From an uncultured bacterium (lineage in GTDB: Bacteria > Patescibacteriota > Minisyncoccia > Phycocordibacterales > Phycocordibacteraceae), in assembly GCA_947085985.1 (NCBI GenBank), contig CAMTYL010000003.1, positions 298,108-362,107 on the forward strand: 64,000 nucleotides of DNA, read 5' to 3'. Under the pieces are notes generated by a model. That model was not told the DNA's origin. It saw only the letters and a list, made by a program, of their open reading frames with translations, and did not search any database. Within the stretch, counting starts at the first letter, position 1; each line of letters opens with the position of its first letter. The translations under genes and the position numbers were made by a program. Positions 1 through 10,428 of this stretch are shown here, piece after piece.

Positions 1-28
1 CACTGATAAGCGTCGCATATTTACATCC

Positions 29-604
29 GTGTCGGACCATGAGCGATTCTTGGCATTGTTGTATTTGTGCAATAGTGAGCATTCCGTAGACATGAAACTA
101 CAAGGTTCAACCTTGTATGAATTGCTTGAGCAGCCGCGTGGCGAAACGCTAGTAGATGTTTCTGCATATTGCTTGATGCCAAACCATTTTCACTTGATAG
201 TAAAAGAGAAAGCTGATGGTGGACTCAGTAAGTTTATGCAGAAAGTTACCACTGGATACACCATGTACTTCAACAAGCGCCACGATCGCTCGGGGTCACT
301 GTTTCAAGGAAGGTTCAAGGTACGTCACATAGACACTGACAGATATCTATCGTACCTGATTTCGTATGTTCACCTTAATCCTGTAAAGATGTTTGAACCC
401 ACATGGAAAGAGACCGGTATCTTGAACCGCACTGACGCACAAGCATTTCTGAGAAGGTATCCATACTCAAGTTACTGCGACTATCTTGGAAAACAACGAC
501 CAGAGCGAGCAGTACTAAATACCAAAAGTCTTCCTGACTACTTTTTAAATGGTACTGACTTTGAAAGAGCCGTCGCAGATTGGCTTACTTACAAGCCAGA
601 ATGA
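29..604 (+). mobile_element. IS200/IS605-family (Y1 HuH) or REP-associated tyrosine transposase (RAYT)-like gene; GTG start at 29, reading frame open to window edge so N-terminus may lie upstream
   Basis: HuH motif 'PNHFHLIV' and downstream catalytic Tyr context 'YLISYVHLNP'; palindrome ACAAGGTT(C/G)AACCTTGT at 97-113 and again at 607-623 just after the stop (subterminal/REP-like hairpins). Confidence 0.55.
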
Positions 605-650
605 TACAAGGTTGAACCTTGTAATTCGTGAGGGAAATTTGGGTGGTTGT

Positions 651-3122
651 CTATAGGGCGACCATGGAGGCAATAGAATCCCCCTCCCGCATCTTCATAA
701 TACGCACACCCTGCGTGGCGCGAGAAAGACTCGGTATCTCTCCCGTAGACACACGAATCACCTGTCCCTTCTTAGAAATCACGACAATTTCTTCTTCCTG
801 ACTCTCTGCACCCACCAGTACCTTTGCACCGATGATGCTTCCCGTCTTAGTAGTAACGTCTGCGGTCTTAATACCTGAGCCACCACGCCCCTGAATCTTG
901 TACTCAGACAGCGGCGTCTTCTTACCGTATCCTTTGTCCATCAAGATAAGGAGTGTCGCTCCCTTAGCGTCTGCGGGCACTACTTCAGCCGAGACGATGC
1001 GATCCCCCTTCTTCACGGTCATGCCGCGCACACCTGCTGCGGTGCGGCCCATGGCGCGTGTCTCGCCCTCATCAAAGCGGATACTCTGCCCTGCGGAAGT
1101 GACGACAGATACACTGTCGCCCTCGCTTGTGAGCTGTGCGGTCACTAGCTTGTCACTACCCTTTAGCGCAATGGCGATAATGCCCGAGCGGCGTACGTCA
1201 GCAAAGTTCTTTGCCTCCACTTTCTTCACCACACCCTCCTGCGTCACAAAGAATACCGAGAGCGCGTCACGCGCCGCTCCCTTTGGCACCGCAAGCACAC
1301 TGGTGACCTTCTCATCACTTGCGATAGAGAGGAAGTTCATGATGGACTTGCCCTTGGTTGCACGCTTTCCTTCTGGCAACTCATACATCTTGAGCTGGTA
1401 CGCCTTTCCGTAATCGGTGAAGAACAACAGGTCAGAGTGCGCCGTTGCTGAGAGGAAGTGAGTCACTACGTCCTCTTCTTTTGTAGACATATCAATGACA
1501 CCCACACCGCCGCGCTTTTGTGCCTTGTACTCGTCTGGGTTCGTGCGCTTTACGTAGCCACCTTGGGTGAGTACCAGCACACTCTCCTCGTCGGGCACCA
1601 GGTCTTCTACAGAAATATTCTTTACACCACCCTTCACAATCTTGGTGCGACGGTCGTCCCCATACTTCTCTCCAATCTCAATCAGCTCGCTACGCACCAC
1701 GGCGAGAATGTTCTTCTCCGAAGAAAGTATCTTCTTAAGTCGCGCAATAAGCTCTGCAAGCTCCTTCAGCTCGTCTTCAATCTTCTTGCGCTCAAGACCA
1801 GCAAGCGTCTGCAAACGCATCGCAAGAATAGCGGCAGTCTGGCGCTCGCTAAAGGCAAACTTCTTTTGGAGTGCGAGGGAGGCCTCTGGGACATCCTTAG
1901 ACTTCTTGATTATCGCAATGACTTCATCAATGTGATCAAGCGCCTTAGAAAGGCCGAGCAAGATGTGCTCGCGCTCTTCTGCCTTTCGTAGCTCGTACTC
2001 GGTGCGGCGACGCACTACCACTTTGCGGTGCGCAATAAAGTTCTCGAGCATGCCCTTCAGTGAGAGTGTCTGCGGCACGCCGTCTACCAGCGCCAGCATG
2101 TTGTAGTGGAACGTGCTCTCAAGCTCGGTGTACTTGTACAGGTTGTTGAGTACTGCTTGTGGGTGCGCCGTACCCTTCAGCTCCACCACCACCCGGATGT
2201 CGTCGGTGGATTCGTCGCGCAGGTCCTTGATACCTTCTAACTTTTTCTCGCGTACCAAGTCCGCAATGCGGGTGATGAGGTCTGCCTTGTTCACGCGATA
2301 CGGGATAGAAGAGATGACGATGTTGGTGCCCTTCTTGTCCTCTATGATGTCCGCCTCGCCGCGCACCACAACACCACCGCGCCCCGTAGTGTACGCGTGG
2401 CGAATGTCGGTCTGATTAAACGCAATGGCGCCAAGAGGGAAGTCTGGCCCCTTCACGTGCTCAAGCAGGTCCTCGGTGGAAGCCTCTGAGTCATCAATTA
2501 AGTGGGCAGTGGCGGCAATAAGCTCGCGCAGGTTGTGCGGAGGAATGTTGGTGGCCATACCCACGGCGATACCAAGTGCACCATTCAAAAGCAGGTTTGG
2601 TGCAGCCGCGGGAAGCACGGTTGGCTCTTGCTTAGACCCGTCAAAGTTTGGAATCCACTCAACCGTCTCCTTTTCAAGGTCACGGAGCATTTCGTCCGCT
2701 AGGCGCGACATTTTGGCTTCAGTGTAGCGGTAGGCTGCGGCCGGGTCGCCGTCAATGGAACCGAAGTTTCCCTGCCCGAGCACAAGCGGATAGCGCGTAG
2801 AGAAGTTTTGCGCGAGCTTTACCATCGCGTCGTACACCGATGCGTCTCCGTGCGGGTGATAACTACCGAGCACCTCTCCCACCACCGTTGCCGACTTGCG
2901 GAATTTGGCCGTAGGCGTAAGGCCTGTCATGCGCATCGCGTAGAGAATGCGGCGATGCACTGGCTTTAGTCCGTCACGCACGTCAGGCAGAGCGCGGCTC
3001 GTGATAACCGTCATCGCGTAGTCAATGTAGGACTGACGCATCTCAGCAGTAATGGACTGCTCAATAATGTTTACGCGCTCTACAGGAACACTTTCTTCAG
3101 GTTTGACAGCTTTCTTTGGCAT
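651..3122 (-). CDS. gyrA: DNA gyrase subunit A
   Basis: 823 aa; N-terminal region with active-site Tyr context 'AAMRYTE', 'GKYHPHGD'-like 'GSYHPHGD', C-terminal beta-pinwheel repeats. Confidence 0.95.
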   Translation of the reverse strand: MPKKAVKPEESVPVERVNIIEQSITAEMRQSYIDYAMTVITSRALPDVRDGLKPVHRRILYAMRMTGLTPTAKFRKSATVVGEVLGSYHPHGDASVYDAMVKLAQNFSTRYPLVLGQGNFGSIDGDPAAAYRYTEAKMSRLADEMLRDLEKETVEWIPNFDGSKQEPTVLPAAAPNLLLNGALGIAVGMATNIPPHNLRELIAATAHLIDDSEASTEDLLEHVKGPDFPLGAIAFNQTDIRHAYTTGRGGVVVRGEADIIEDKKGTNIVISSIPYRVNKADLITRIADLVREKKLEGIKDLRDESTDDIRVVVELKGTAHPQAVLNNLYKYTELESTFHYNMLALVDGVPQTLSLKGMLENFIAHRKVVVRRRTEYELRKAEEREHILLGLSKALDHIDEVIAIIKKSKDVPEASLALQKKFAFSERQTAAILAMRLQTLAGLERKKIEDELKELAELIARLKKILSSEKNILAVVRSELIEIGEKYGDDRRTKIVKGGVKNISVEDLVPDEESVLVLTQGGYVKRTNPDEYKAQKRGGVGVIDMSTKEEDVVTHFLSATAHSDLLFFTDYGKAYQLKMYELPEGKRATKGKSIMNFLSIASDEKVTSVLAVPKGAARDALSVFFVTQEGVVKKVEAKNFADVRRSGIIAIALKGSDKLVTAQLTSEGDSVSVVTSAGQSIRFDEGETRAMGRTAAGVRGMTVKKGDRIVSAEVVPADAKGATLLILMDKGYGKKTPLSEYKIQGRGGSGIKTADVTTKTGSIIGAKVLVGAESQEEEIVVISKKGQVIRVSTGEIPSLSRATQGVRIMKMREGDSIASMVAL

Positions 3123-3131
3123 ACAAGAGTA

Positions 3132-3497
3132 TTAAAACGGAATAACGGTAGCATCAGGACGTACACCAGCGTCCAGGCTTGAACTAGAACGAGTTTCAAC
3201 TACGGAAATTGCAGGCTTCTGCGAACCTGTCCCACCAAAGGCTTCTCCCGCTGCACCCATGAGTGACTTGAGTGTGCCGCCACTTGCAGCCACACCCTCA
3301 GTCACCTCCTGCGGCGGACGTACGCTCTCAGCAACGCTCTTGGTAGCCAGACTGAACGAGCCAGAACTCGCCATAGCAGCAAACCACCCCACGGCAACAA
3401 GCGCCGTGATGCCACCCGACACACCCACCGCTACGCGCTCGCGCACGTGCGAAGGCTGGCTCTTTAGTGTGTGTAGGTGCTGCTTGAATTGCTCCAT
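3132..3497 (-). CDS. hypothetical small membrane protein (one predicted TM helix)
   Basis: 121 aa ORF between MBL-hydrolase gene and gyrA on same strand; hydrophobic segment 'ITALVAVGWFAAMA'. Confidence 0.4.
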   Translation of the reverse strand: MEQFKQHLHTLKSQPSHVRERVAVGVSGGITALVAVGWFAAMASSGSFSLATKSVAESVRPPQEVTEGVAASGGTLKSLMGAAGEAFGGTGSQKPAISVVETRSSSSLDAGVRPDATVIPF

Positions 3498-3501
3498 AGG
3501 G

Positions 3502-4143
3502 TTATGGGGTTATTACAATGATAGCACCGCTCTTGTCTGCTGCGTCCTTTTTCTTAAGGGTAAGTTTTTCAACCGTCTCAGCATCACCTGCACCCTCTTC
3601 TAGGAATTGCTCCAACGATTTTGGCTCGCCCATGCCACTCCAGTGCATCGGAATAATGATGCGTGGTTCAAGAGTGACGGCTAGTTTAGCAGCCTCGCTT
3701 GGTGAGAGTACGCCGTCCCCACCAACAGGAACAAACAATATGTCTATCTCATCAATAGCCTCGCGTGCCTCGTGCGAAAGCACGGTATCTGAAAGCGCGC
3801 CTAGGTGCACCAAGGTCATACCTTCAAGGGACACGGCGTATACGGTGTTTACCGCTTCAAGCTGCCCCTTAGGAAGGCCGTACTGACTCTTAGTCAAAAA
3901 TCCCTGCACCGTCACGCCCGCGCGCTCATACTCACCAGGACCCTGGATAACAAACGGTTCCGCACCCCCAAAGGAAACCTCTTCAGTGCCGTTCATGTCA
4001 GGGTGATTGCGAGACACCATAGCGATGTCAGCGCCAAAGCGCACCGGCGAAAGCGAGCCACCCTTGGCAATAGGGTCAAAGACCAGGGTCAAGTCTCCGA
4101 GCGTCACCTTGTAACACTGGCCCCCGTGATGTGTAATAACCAT
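3502..4143 (-). CDS. MBL-fold metal-dependent hydrolase (UPF0173-like)
   Basis: Start taken at internal ATG 'MVITHHGGQCYKV'; beta-lactamase-fold His motifs ('HWSGMG', 'ITHHGG'). Confidence 0.6.
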   Translation of the reverse strand: MVITHHGGQCYKVTLGDLTLVFDPIAKGGSLSPVRFGADIAMVSRNHPDMNGTEEVSFGGAEPFVIQGPGEYERAGVTVQGFLTKSQYGLPKGQLEAVNTVYAVSLEGMTLVHLGALSDTVLSHEAREAIDEIDILFVPVGGDGVLSPSEAAKLAVTLEPRIIIPMHWSGMGEPKSLEQFLEEGAGDAETVEKLTLKKKDAADKSGAIIVITP

Positions 4144-4340
4144 TACCTCTATTTTACTACAAAACCCTCCTATATACGAGCAACGGTTGGAGCAAGGTTT
4201 TGACAAAAACAGTGGATATGCTACAACAGATGTACTGACATGTGCGCCGGGAGACTCGTAACAGAGGGGCAACCCTCTTTTCGCGTTCCCTGCGTAGGAT
4301 GCAGTTTGTACAAACCCAAGGAATCCTGAAAGGATCCAAC

Positions 4341-4580
4341 ATGACCGACAAGAAGACCACTGTGAAGACCGGCAACACCGTCGGCACGCTCCTGCTCATG
4401 GGCGCCACGGCCATCGTTACCATGATCGCCATGTCCAGGAAGAAGCAGATCGTCGACGGCATCAATGCCGGCATGACCGCGGCGGCCGCGGCTGCCCAGA
4501 AGCTGGCCGACGGCGGCCTGCAGGCTCTGGTGCCCGACAAGATGAACGGCGGCACGCACGCCGCCCCGTCCGGCCACTAG
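4341..4580 (+). CDS. GC-rich small membrane protein (79 aa), unknown function
   Basis: RBS 'AAAGGA' 8 nt upstream of ATG; hydrophobic core 'GTLLLMGATAIVTMIAM'; ~68 % GC vs ~50 % backbone; terminator hairpin 4633-4666. Confidence 0.5.
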   Translation: MTDKKTTVKTGNTVGTLLLMGATAIVTMIAMSRKKQIVDGINAGMTAAAAAAQKLADGGLQALVPDKMNGGTHAAPSGH

Positions 4581-4692
4581 GACCCACGGTCCAGACAGCA
4601 ATCAGGGGATAACCCAGACCCTGAAAGAAGTCGACCCCGCGAGCGCGAGCTTGCGGGGCTTTCTTTTTATTACGACACATCCACAGGGGTAT

Positions 4693-4727
4693 TGACAAGT
4701 CCTCTGAATACTTGGTAGTATTTTTGG
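4693..4727 (+). promoter_or_regulatory. sigma70-type promoter TTGACA-N18-TAGTAT
   Basis: Consensus -35 hexamer and good -10, about 70 nt upstream of ATG at 4801 with RBS GAAGGA. Confidence 0.55.
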
Positions 4728-4800
4728 GTTCGTGCCCAATTGCAAGCATTGCATTGGGGTTTCGCGAATTGAACTACTCAGACGAAGAAGGACTGCAACC

Positions 4801-5214
4801 ATGAAAATGCGTATGCTTTCCGCGGCCGCCATCGGCGTGATCGCGTTGACCGCTTCCGGCGCTTCCGCTTCGGCCCTGGCCGACAGCAATCCGAACCGTG
4901 TGCTCGACCTCGCCCCCGAATCCGGCGGCATCACGTCCATCGACGACGGCTCCGGCATCACCGGCGGCGGCTCGCGCGACCAGGATCTGTATCAGAGCGG
5001 CATGAACATCGGCGGCACGATCGGCGACGACCAGAAGTCGGACTACGGCCTGGCCCAGATGGCCGTCGCCAGCGATGACCGGACCGCCCGCCCGCTGTTC
5101 CGCGACGGCCACATCGCCTATGCCGCCGACACCGACGACGACTCGCCGCCGGCCTACATCATCGCCGCCGGCCTGACCGCCACGACCGCCGCCGGCGCCA
5201 TCGCGCCGAGCTAG
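4801..5214 (+). CDS. GC-rich secreted Gly/Asp-rich protein (137 aa) with N-terminal signal peptide
   Basis: 'MKMRMLSAAAIGVIALTASGASASALA' signal peptide; own promoter and downstream hairpin 5247-5268; ~68 % GC. Confidence 0.5.
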   Translation: MKMRMLSAAAIGVIALTASGASASALADSNPNRVLDLAPESGGITSIDDGSGITGGGSRDQDLYQSGMNIGGTIGDDQKSDYGLAQMAVASDDRTARPLFRDGHIAYAADTDDDSPPAYIIAAGLTATTAAGAIAPS

Positions 5215-5376
5215 ACCACCCACGGTCGAGCACGCACTGCATGGGAAGGGGGCGACTTCGGTCGCCCCCGACCACCCTTCTTCTCTCTGTTTGATCTTTT
5301 GAGACAGCCACCTCACGGTGGTTTTTTTATTTACAAAATGTGCTATAATGCACTCATAGGAGAAAGGAGGTCAACG

Positions 5377-5526
5377 ATGCCTACTAGTGGCTTTCAGCAG
5401 CAAGACCGCTCCGGCAGCACTTTTTTGCCCACCCTTGGGCAGTGCACGCCGCAACAGCACAGGTCCAAGGGTACCAGCCCCGCCCCAAAGGAGGAGCAGC
5501 CGGACGAAAAGCCCAACAAGGACTAG
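5377..5526 (+). CDS. 49-aa GC-rich peptide ORF with strong RBS
   Basis: Preceded by terminator hairpin+T7 (5308-5328), extended -10 'TGcTATAAT' (5341-5349) and RBS 'AGGAGAAAGGAGG'; followed by two hairpins (5524-5565, 5592-5620). Confidence 0.4.
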   Translation: MPTSGFQQQDRSGSTFLPTLGQCTPQQHRSKGTSPAPKEEQPDEKPNKD

Positions 5527-5745
5527 CGACAGGTCTGGAGCACACGCTCCGGGCCTGTCGGCGCCCTTTCCCTCCGTACCTTCCGAAGGCCCGCACGACC
5601 CGTGCGGGTTTTGTCATATATATAGGTATATGCTACAAATAGGCTACATCGCGAGCGTGCAAACAGGACGCGAGTGGGCTAACCCCTGACATACCGTAAG
5701 GCAGTCAGTACCCACCTGCATAAGGCGCGCCGCTCCCGATTTCAT

Positions 5746-6897
5746 ATGTCTGACGACACCATGACTATGGAGGCTGAGGTGAAAGCACCCGCCCCCGTTA
5801 ATGTCACCTTTACTCTAGAACCCGACCACGCAATGGCAGGGCTTGTTGACCGTATTGCTACCCCGCCTCGCGCTGGCGACCTCGTAGAGGGAACCATCAT
5901 TGAACTTGTGCGTGGACGCCTCTACGTAGACTTGCCTCCATTTGGAACAGGTATCATCTACGGTCGCGAATACCTAAACGCAGCCGACGTACTTCGTAAG
6001 TCAAACCCGGGCGACATGATTTCTGCCAAGGTGGTAGATGCCTCTGGTATTGAGGGATACATAGAACTCTCACTTAAGGAGGCTCGCCAGGCTGCTATTT
6101 GGGGCGAGGCTGAGCAGGCTATCGTTGCACAGACCGTCTACACACTTACTGTTGAAGAGGCAAACAAGGGAGGACTCATCCTTTCTTGGCAGGGTATCCA
6201 GGGCTTCCTTCCAGCTTCTCAGCTTTCAAAGGAGCACTACCCACGCGTACCGGAGGGAGACAAGGACAAGATCTTTGGCGAGCTTCAGAAGCTTGCTGGT
6301 CACCCACTTTCCGTTCGCATCATCACTGCGGACCCGAAGGAAGGAAAGCTTATCTTCTCTGAGCGCGCAGGTCAGGAGGACGAAGAGAAGGCGACGCTTG
6401 TTGATAAGTACCAGGTTGGCGACGTCGTAGACGGCGAAGTAACTGGCGCTGTTGACTTCGGTGTATTCGTGAAGCTTGAGCAGGGTCTTGAGGGACTCGT
6501 ACACATCTCTGAGCTTGATTGGGGACTTGTTGAGGACCCACGCATGCTCTTTAAGGTTGGCGACCGTGTAAAGGTGAAGGTTATTGAGGTAAAGGACGGA
6601 AAGGTTTCTCTTTCTATCAAGGCACTCAAGGAAAACCCTTGGAAGATTGCAACCGACAAGTACCAGAAGGGTATGGAGGTTACCGGAGCAATCATCAAGT
6701 ACAACAAGCACGGCGCGCTTGCCTCTATTGAGGAAGGTGTTGCAGGACTTGTACACATCAGCGAGTTCGCTTCCCCAGTGGAGCTTCGCGAGACGCTTGA
6801 GCTAGGTAAGGTGTACCCATTCACCATTACCCTCTTTGAGCCAAAGGATCAGCGCATGACTCTCTCATACGCAGGACCGAAGAAGGTCAAGAAGTAA
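5746..6897 (+). CDS. rpsA: 30S ribosomal protein S1 (four S1 domains)
   Basis: Repeated S1-fold signatures ('GDVVDGEVTGAVDFGVFVKL', 'GDRVKVKVIEV', 'GLVHISE'); terminator hairpin 6922-6947. Confidence 0.8.
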   Translation: MSDDTMTMEAEVKAPAPVNVTFTLEPDHAMAGLVDRIATPPRAGDLVEGTIIELVRGRLYVDLPPFGTGIIYGREYLNAADVLRKSNPGDMISAKVVDASGIEGYIELSLKEARQAAIWGEAEQAIVAQTVYTLTVEEANKGGLILSWQGIQGFLPASQLSKEHYPRVPEGDKDKIFGELQKLAGHPLSVRIITADPKEGKLIFSERAGQEDEEKATLVDKYQVGDVVDGEVTGAVDFGVFVKLEQGLEGLVHISELDWGLVEDPRMLFKVGDRVKVKVIEVKDGKVSLSIKALKENPWKIATDKYQKGMEVTGAIIKYNKHGALASIEEGVAGLVHISEFASPVELRETLELGKVYPFTITLFEPKDQRMTLSYAGPKKVKK

Positions 6898-6969
6898 TAT
6901 CCGAGAGGATGGAACAAACAAAACGCCGAGGGCTAGCCCTCGGCGTTTTGCGTGCTACCATAGCGACAT

Positions 6970-7308
6970 ATGACAGGCCCAGAAGGATTTGGTACGTACA
7001 ATACGTTCAAAGTAGATAGTGACGCCCCACAAACAAAGCTCGAGCAAACACCAGCTGCAGAGGACGGCGTCTTTGCAGAGTTCTCTCCAGCAGAGCTGAA
7101 GGAACTTACCAGTGGCCCCTTGAACCAAGTGGGCTGGCTTATGGGTGACTTGAATCACCCAGCGGTTGCCTATCTCTCCGGCGACACTATTAATGCAATG
7201 CGCGCCTACGTAGCGACCGCAGTGAAGGAAGAGCGTGCTCCCCTCGCGCGAGCAATTGCAGCCGGCTTTGAAGAGGCCTCCGAACGCGAAATGGACAAAG
7301 CTGCGTAG
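6970..7308 (+). CDS. hypothetical protein (112 aa)
   Basis: ORF with protein-like composition between rpsA terminator and hairpin 7326-7345; no recognisable family. Confidence 0.3.
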   Translation: MTGPEGFGTYNTFKVDSDAPQTKLEQTPAAEDGVFAEFSPAELKELTSGPLNQVGWLMGDLNHPAVAYLSGDTINAMRAYVATAVKEERAPLARAIAAGFEEASEREMDKAA

Positions 7309-7357
7309 CAGCAAATGAAGAACTCCGCGTAGGACACGGAGCCCTCCACGGAGTAGT

Positions 7358-7840
7358 CTAGTTGTTGCAGAGCGTACCGCCCTGATAGAAGTGTTCGCCC
7401 ATGACGAGCGAACCACGATAAAGGACTCCCTCACTTCCGCTGAACCGGCTGAACGTACTGCCGGTCCTTGGCGCGTTGGTGTACTGAAGCGAACCGATCG
7501 TGAAGACATCGGGACCACGCCCTCCGTAGAAGCTACGGTTGCGGTAGTTGGATCCGAGAGCCCGCTTCAGGAATTTGGACGCCTCGGGCAGGTACCAGCC
7601 GTAGTATTGCATGACCCAAACAGGCTTATGGTCCTCGACAATCAGCGTACTGCCGGCCGAGTAGGTGCCGCCATTCGCAAACCAGCTGTCTTCCACCATA
7701 AAGTGCCCACAGGGGCTGTAGTAGCGGAACCGCTTCATGCAGACTTCCACCGTAACCGTTTCCGGCTGATTGTCAGAGACGTAGCCCTGGTTGAGCGCGT
7801 CAAACAAGACGCCTTTCAACACTTGTTCGCTTGAAGGCAT
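7358..7840 (-). CDS. hypothetical protein (160 aa), moderately GC-rich, downstream of thermonuclease gene
   Basis: RBS 'AAAGGGG' upstream; 45 nt after stop of 7886..8428 gene on same strand (possible operon); hairpin terminator downstream. Confidence 0.45.
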   Translation of the reverse strand: MPSSEQVLKGVLFDALNQGYVSDNQPETVTVEVCMKRFRYYSPCGHFMVEDSWFANGGTYSAGSTLIVEDHKPVWVMQYYGWYLPEASKFLKRALGSNYRNRSFYGGRGPDVFTIGSLQYTNAPRTGSTFSRFSGSEGVLYRGSLVMGEHFYQGGTLCNN

Positions 7841-7885
7841 GATGTGCCCCTTTCAGTTGACCCAAGCGGAGTCTACTACAATCAG

Positions 7886-8428
7886 CTACTTCTCGCACAC
7901 TCCAGGGGCCCAGAGTCCACGGCCAGCAGCTTCGGCTTCTTTCTGCGCCGTCTTAAATTCTGCCTGATACTTGTATGGAAGTCGATACGTGTACTCATAC
8001 GCGTACCCTTCTTCAATCATGTATCTATTGAACAAAAGTCCGTCCTCACGGATTACATAGCCGAGTAGGCGTCCGTATTTGTCGCGCTCACCCTGCGAGC
8101 TTTCGGTTTCTATGCGCACCTGTTGCCCATCTAGTAGCTCCTTTGCCTTTGCAGAAGCTTCTTTGCCGAAACACTCCACGGGCCTGCGCGGGTCCACCGT
8201 CTCTGGCGTATTCATACCAATCAATCGCACCGTCTCCTTCTTCCCATTCATATCAATATGAATGGTGTCGCCGTCCACCACCTTCAGTACACTGTAGTGT
8301 GTCGTGGAGGCAACCATACTGTCAGTAGTATCAACAGGTGCTGTTGGAGTGCTCACTTGTATGCCAAAAAGAAGAAGCAGTGCTATGAGCAACTCGGAGC
8401 CAAATTGCAACAGCGTATCCTGAATCAT
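7886..8428 (-). CDS. thermonuclease (staphylococcal/micrococcal nuclease-like, SNase fold), secreted/membrane-anchored
   Basis: 'VLKVVDGDTIHI...RLIGMNTPE' SNase motif, N-terminal hydrophobic segment; start taken at internal ATG (ORF caller used upstream GTG at 8446). Confidence 0.7.
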   Translation of the reverse strand: MIQDTLLQFGSELLIALLLLFGIQVSTPTAPVDTTDSMVASTTHYSVLKVVDGDTIHIDMNGKKETVRLIGMNTPETVDPRRPVECFGKEASAKAKELLDGQQVRIETESSQGERDKYGRLLGYVIREDGLLFNRYMIEEGYAYEYTYRLPYKYQAEFKTAQKEAEAAGRGLWAPGVCEK

Positions 8429-8647
8429 GTTCTTACTAGTGTACACGGAGTGCGAAACTTAAATTGCACGTATAGGTTGAGAGTGGTAGTTCAAGCATTA
8501 TATGGACCTCGTAGGTTCATGTATCAAATCAAATTGATCGCTGGTTGCCGCACCATTTCCTACTTCGCCTCGTCTGTGTTATGAATACCGCGGACTGTTG
8601 CAGCAGCTGTGGGCGTCGTGCCTGTACCTGCAACAAAAGGAGGTCAC

Positions 8648-9137
8648 CATGACCAGCACCAAGACTAGGAGCTGTGGCGGGTGCACCGCCTGTTGCCATA
8701 CCCATTCCGTGGATATGGACGGGGTCTATACACCCCGATTCAAAGACTGCTCCCACTGCGTAATCGGAGTGGGTTGTGGTGTGTACGAGTCGCGTCCGTA
8801 CTCCTGTTCTATATACCGCTGCCTCTGGCTTACGGGAATGCCCGATCATATGCGGCCCGACAAGTTTGGCGTCGTGCTTGATGTCTGGACGGTGCCGAAC
8901 GAAACAATGCGGTTCCTAAACTTTTGGGAAGTATACCCCGGAAGACTCAACGAACCTGACGTCGGAGAGTTCATAGAGGGACTGCTCGCCACTCGACCCT
9001 ACGTGATCATCTGCCGCCGGCCGGATTTCGCGGTAGATATCCGCTTTCCCCACGGTATTGATATCGGGGAACAAGAGCGGCTCACGCGAACGATCCTGAA
9101 AGAGATACAAGTGCAGGGCGAATACGCCAACGCGTAG
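8648..9137 (+). CDS. YkgJ-family Cys-cluster protein (CxxCxxCC putative Zn/Fe-chelating domain)
   Basis: 'CGGCTACC' motif near N-terminus plus further Cys; RBS 'AAAGGAGG' 6 nt upstream of ATG; GC-rich. Confidence 0.55.
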
Positions 9138-9155
9138 TGGCGCGCACCACGACAC

Positions 9156-9189
9156 AGGGCCCGACGAGCAATCGTCGGGCCCTTTCTGC
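9156..9189 (+). terminator. hairpin terminator AGGGCCCGACGAGCAATCGTCGGGCCCTTTCTGC; copy 1 of an identical 34-nt element
   Basis: Perfect 10-bp GC stem followed by TTTCTGC; identical copy at 10429-10462. Confidence 0.6.
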
Positions 9190-9247
9190 ATACGCAGTTT
9201 TACAAATTAGTTCCGGGCGGCCCCTGGTGGGGCCGCCCGGTAATGGC

Positions 9248-9853
9248 TCAATCAATAACCTGGCAGTAGCGCTGGACCGACAGGTCGAGCGTACCCCACG
9301 TGGTCCACTGCCGCAGGAACTGAAGCGCGAAGCGCATCTGATGCTCCTTGGACTTGCCGTAAAGGGCCTCTTTGAGGCGACCCTTAGCAGCCCACAGTCC
9401 CGGGAGGAACCAGATTTCCCAGTACAGACCCGAGTCACCCCGCCGCGATCGCATGCAGGCGAATCCGCACTCCGCCAGAAGTTCCGCGTTGGCCCTGTAC
9501 CCTTCCGGAGTGTAGGAGTAGCCGCAGAGATGCTGGATGAAGATAGATTGCGACTGCTCGTTCCAGTTCACAATCGGCTCAAACAGTTCGGCCTGGTAGT
9601 GCTCCGGATTCTTTTCTTCACGAGTCGGCGTTCGCCACTGCGGAAGCATGGCGTCCTCGGTGGGGGCGGGCACCGGCTCGTGCGCGGGGGCGAATTCAAG
9701 CCGCCCGCCGACAAGCCGCGCCCACCAGTGTCCATGCATCATGCCCTGGATCTTCTCGCCTTCTTCTTCGGTGAGGTCGGAGATAGTTACCTCGCCTCGT
9801 GGACCTCCACGAGACATGGAAATTCGCGCACGAGGCGGTTCGTTGCTGTCCAT
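9248..9853 (-). CDS. hypothetical GC-rich protein (201 aa)
   Basis: Protein-like composition (W/Y/F-rich) in contrast to the Arg-rich antisense ORF 9137..10291; perfect hairpin CCGGGCGGCCCCTGGTGGGGCCGCCCGG (9213-9240) immediately after stop. Confidence 0.5.
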   Translation of the reverse strand: MDSNEPPRARISMSRGGPRGEVTISDLTEEEGEKIQGMMHGHWWARLVGGRLEFAPAHEPVPAPTEDAMLPQWRTPTREEKNPEHYQAELFEPIVNWNEQSQSIFIQHLCGYSYTPEGYRANAELLAECGFACMRSRRGDSGLYWEIWFLPGLWAAKGRLKEALYGKSKEHQMRFALQFLRQWTTWGTLDLSVQRYCQVID

Positions 9854-9955
9854 GGTCTAGCCCTTCTGTTGAACATGCCTGCCTATGGTGTACAGGAGAT
9901 GGAAACAAATCGCAACCAGGAGATTTCCGCCGCTTTTGACAACACAGAAATATGC

Positions 9956-10291
9956 ATGCACACTATGGGCAACGGGACCGGCCCCTACTACCCGTTAAGG
10001 AGGTGTTCTTTGAAAGAATGCTTTAATACCGTCGCCGCTCTCAGGACCAAAGCCCTAGAGCGCGGTGTAGTACTTCGTACGCCCCACGACGCAGCCGCTC
10101 GGTCCGCCCTAAAGCAGACCGACGAATGGGTCCTCGCTACCAAGGACCCGCGGACAGGCTGGATAGTTGTGCCGACGCACGACAACCGAGGACTCCCCGA
10201 GGAGCAGTGGTACGCGCTCTGGAAAGACATGAAGGTGGAGCTGGAAGCACAACAGTGCGACGGCTCCTGGCACGACTACTTCACGCAATAA
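9956..10291 (+). CDS. hypothetical GC-rich protein (111 aa)
   Basis: In-frame ATG downstream of TTGACA (9936-9941); followed by RBS+58-aa ORF (10309-10485) and terminator copy 2. Confidence 0.4.
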   Translation: MHTMGNGTGPYYPLRRCSLKECFNTVAALRTKALERGVVLRTPHDAAARSALKQTDEWVLATKDPRTGWIVVPTHDNRGLPEEQWYALWKDMKVELEAQQCDGSWHDYFTQ

Positions 10292-10428
10292 GTTTCTGGG
10301 AGGAAACAATGAACGCGTGTAATTGCCCCGTGCGACTGGACACCCCGACCGGTGTCCGTCGCACGGGTTTTTATTATCAGCGCGGCGGCCTTTGCAATAT
10401 GTATGTAGACCTGCGCACCAAACCGGAA

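Noticed and set aside
9137-10291. 384-aa plus-strand ORF spanning the GC-rich block
   Set aside because: Arg/Pro/Gly-rich low-complexity translation typical of the antisense frame of a high-GC gene. It overlaps the better-supported minus-strand gene 9248-9853 and the hairpin terminators; only its last 111 codons (9956-10291) were kept.
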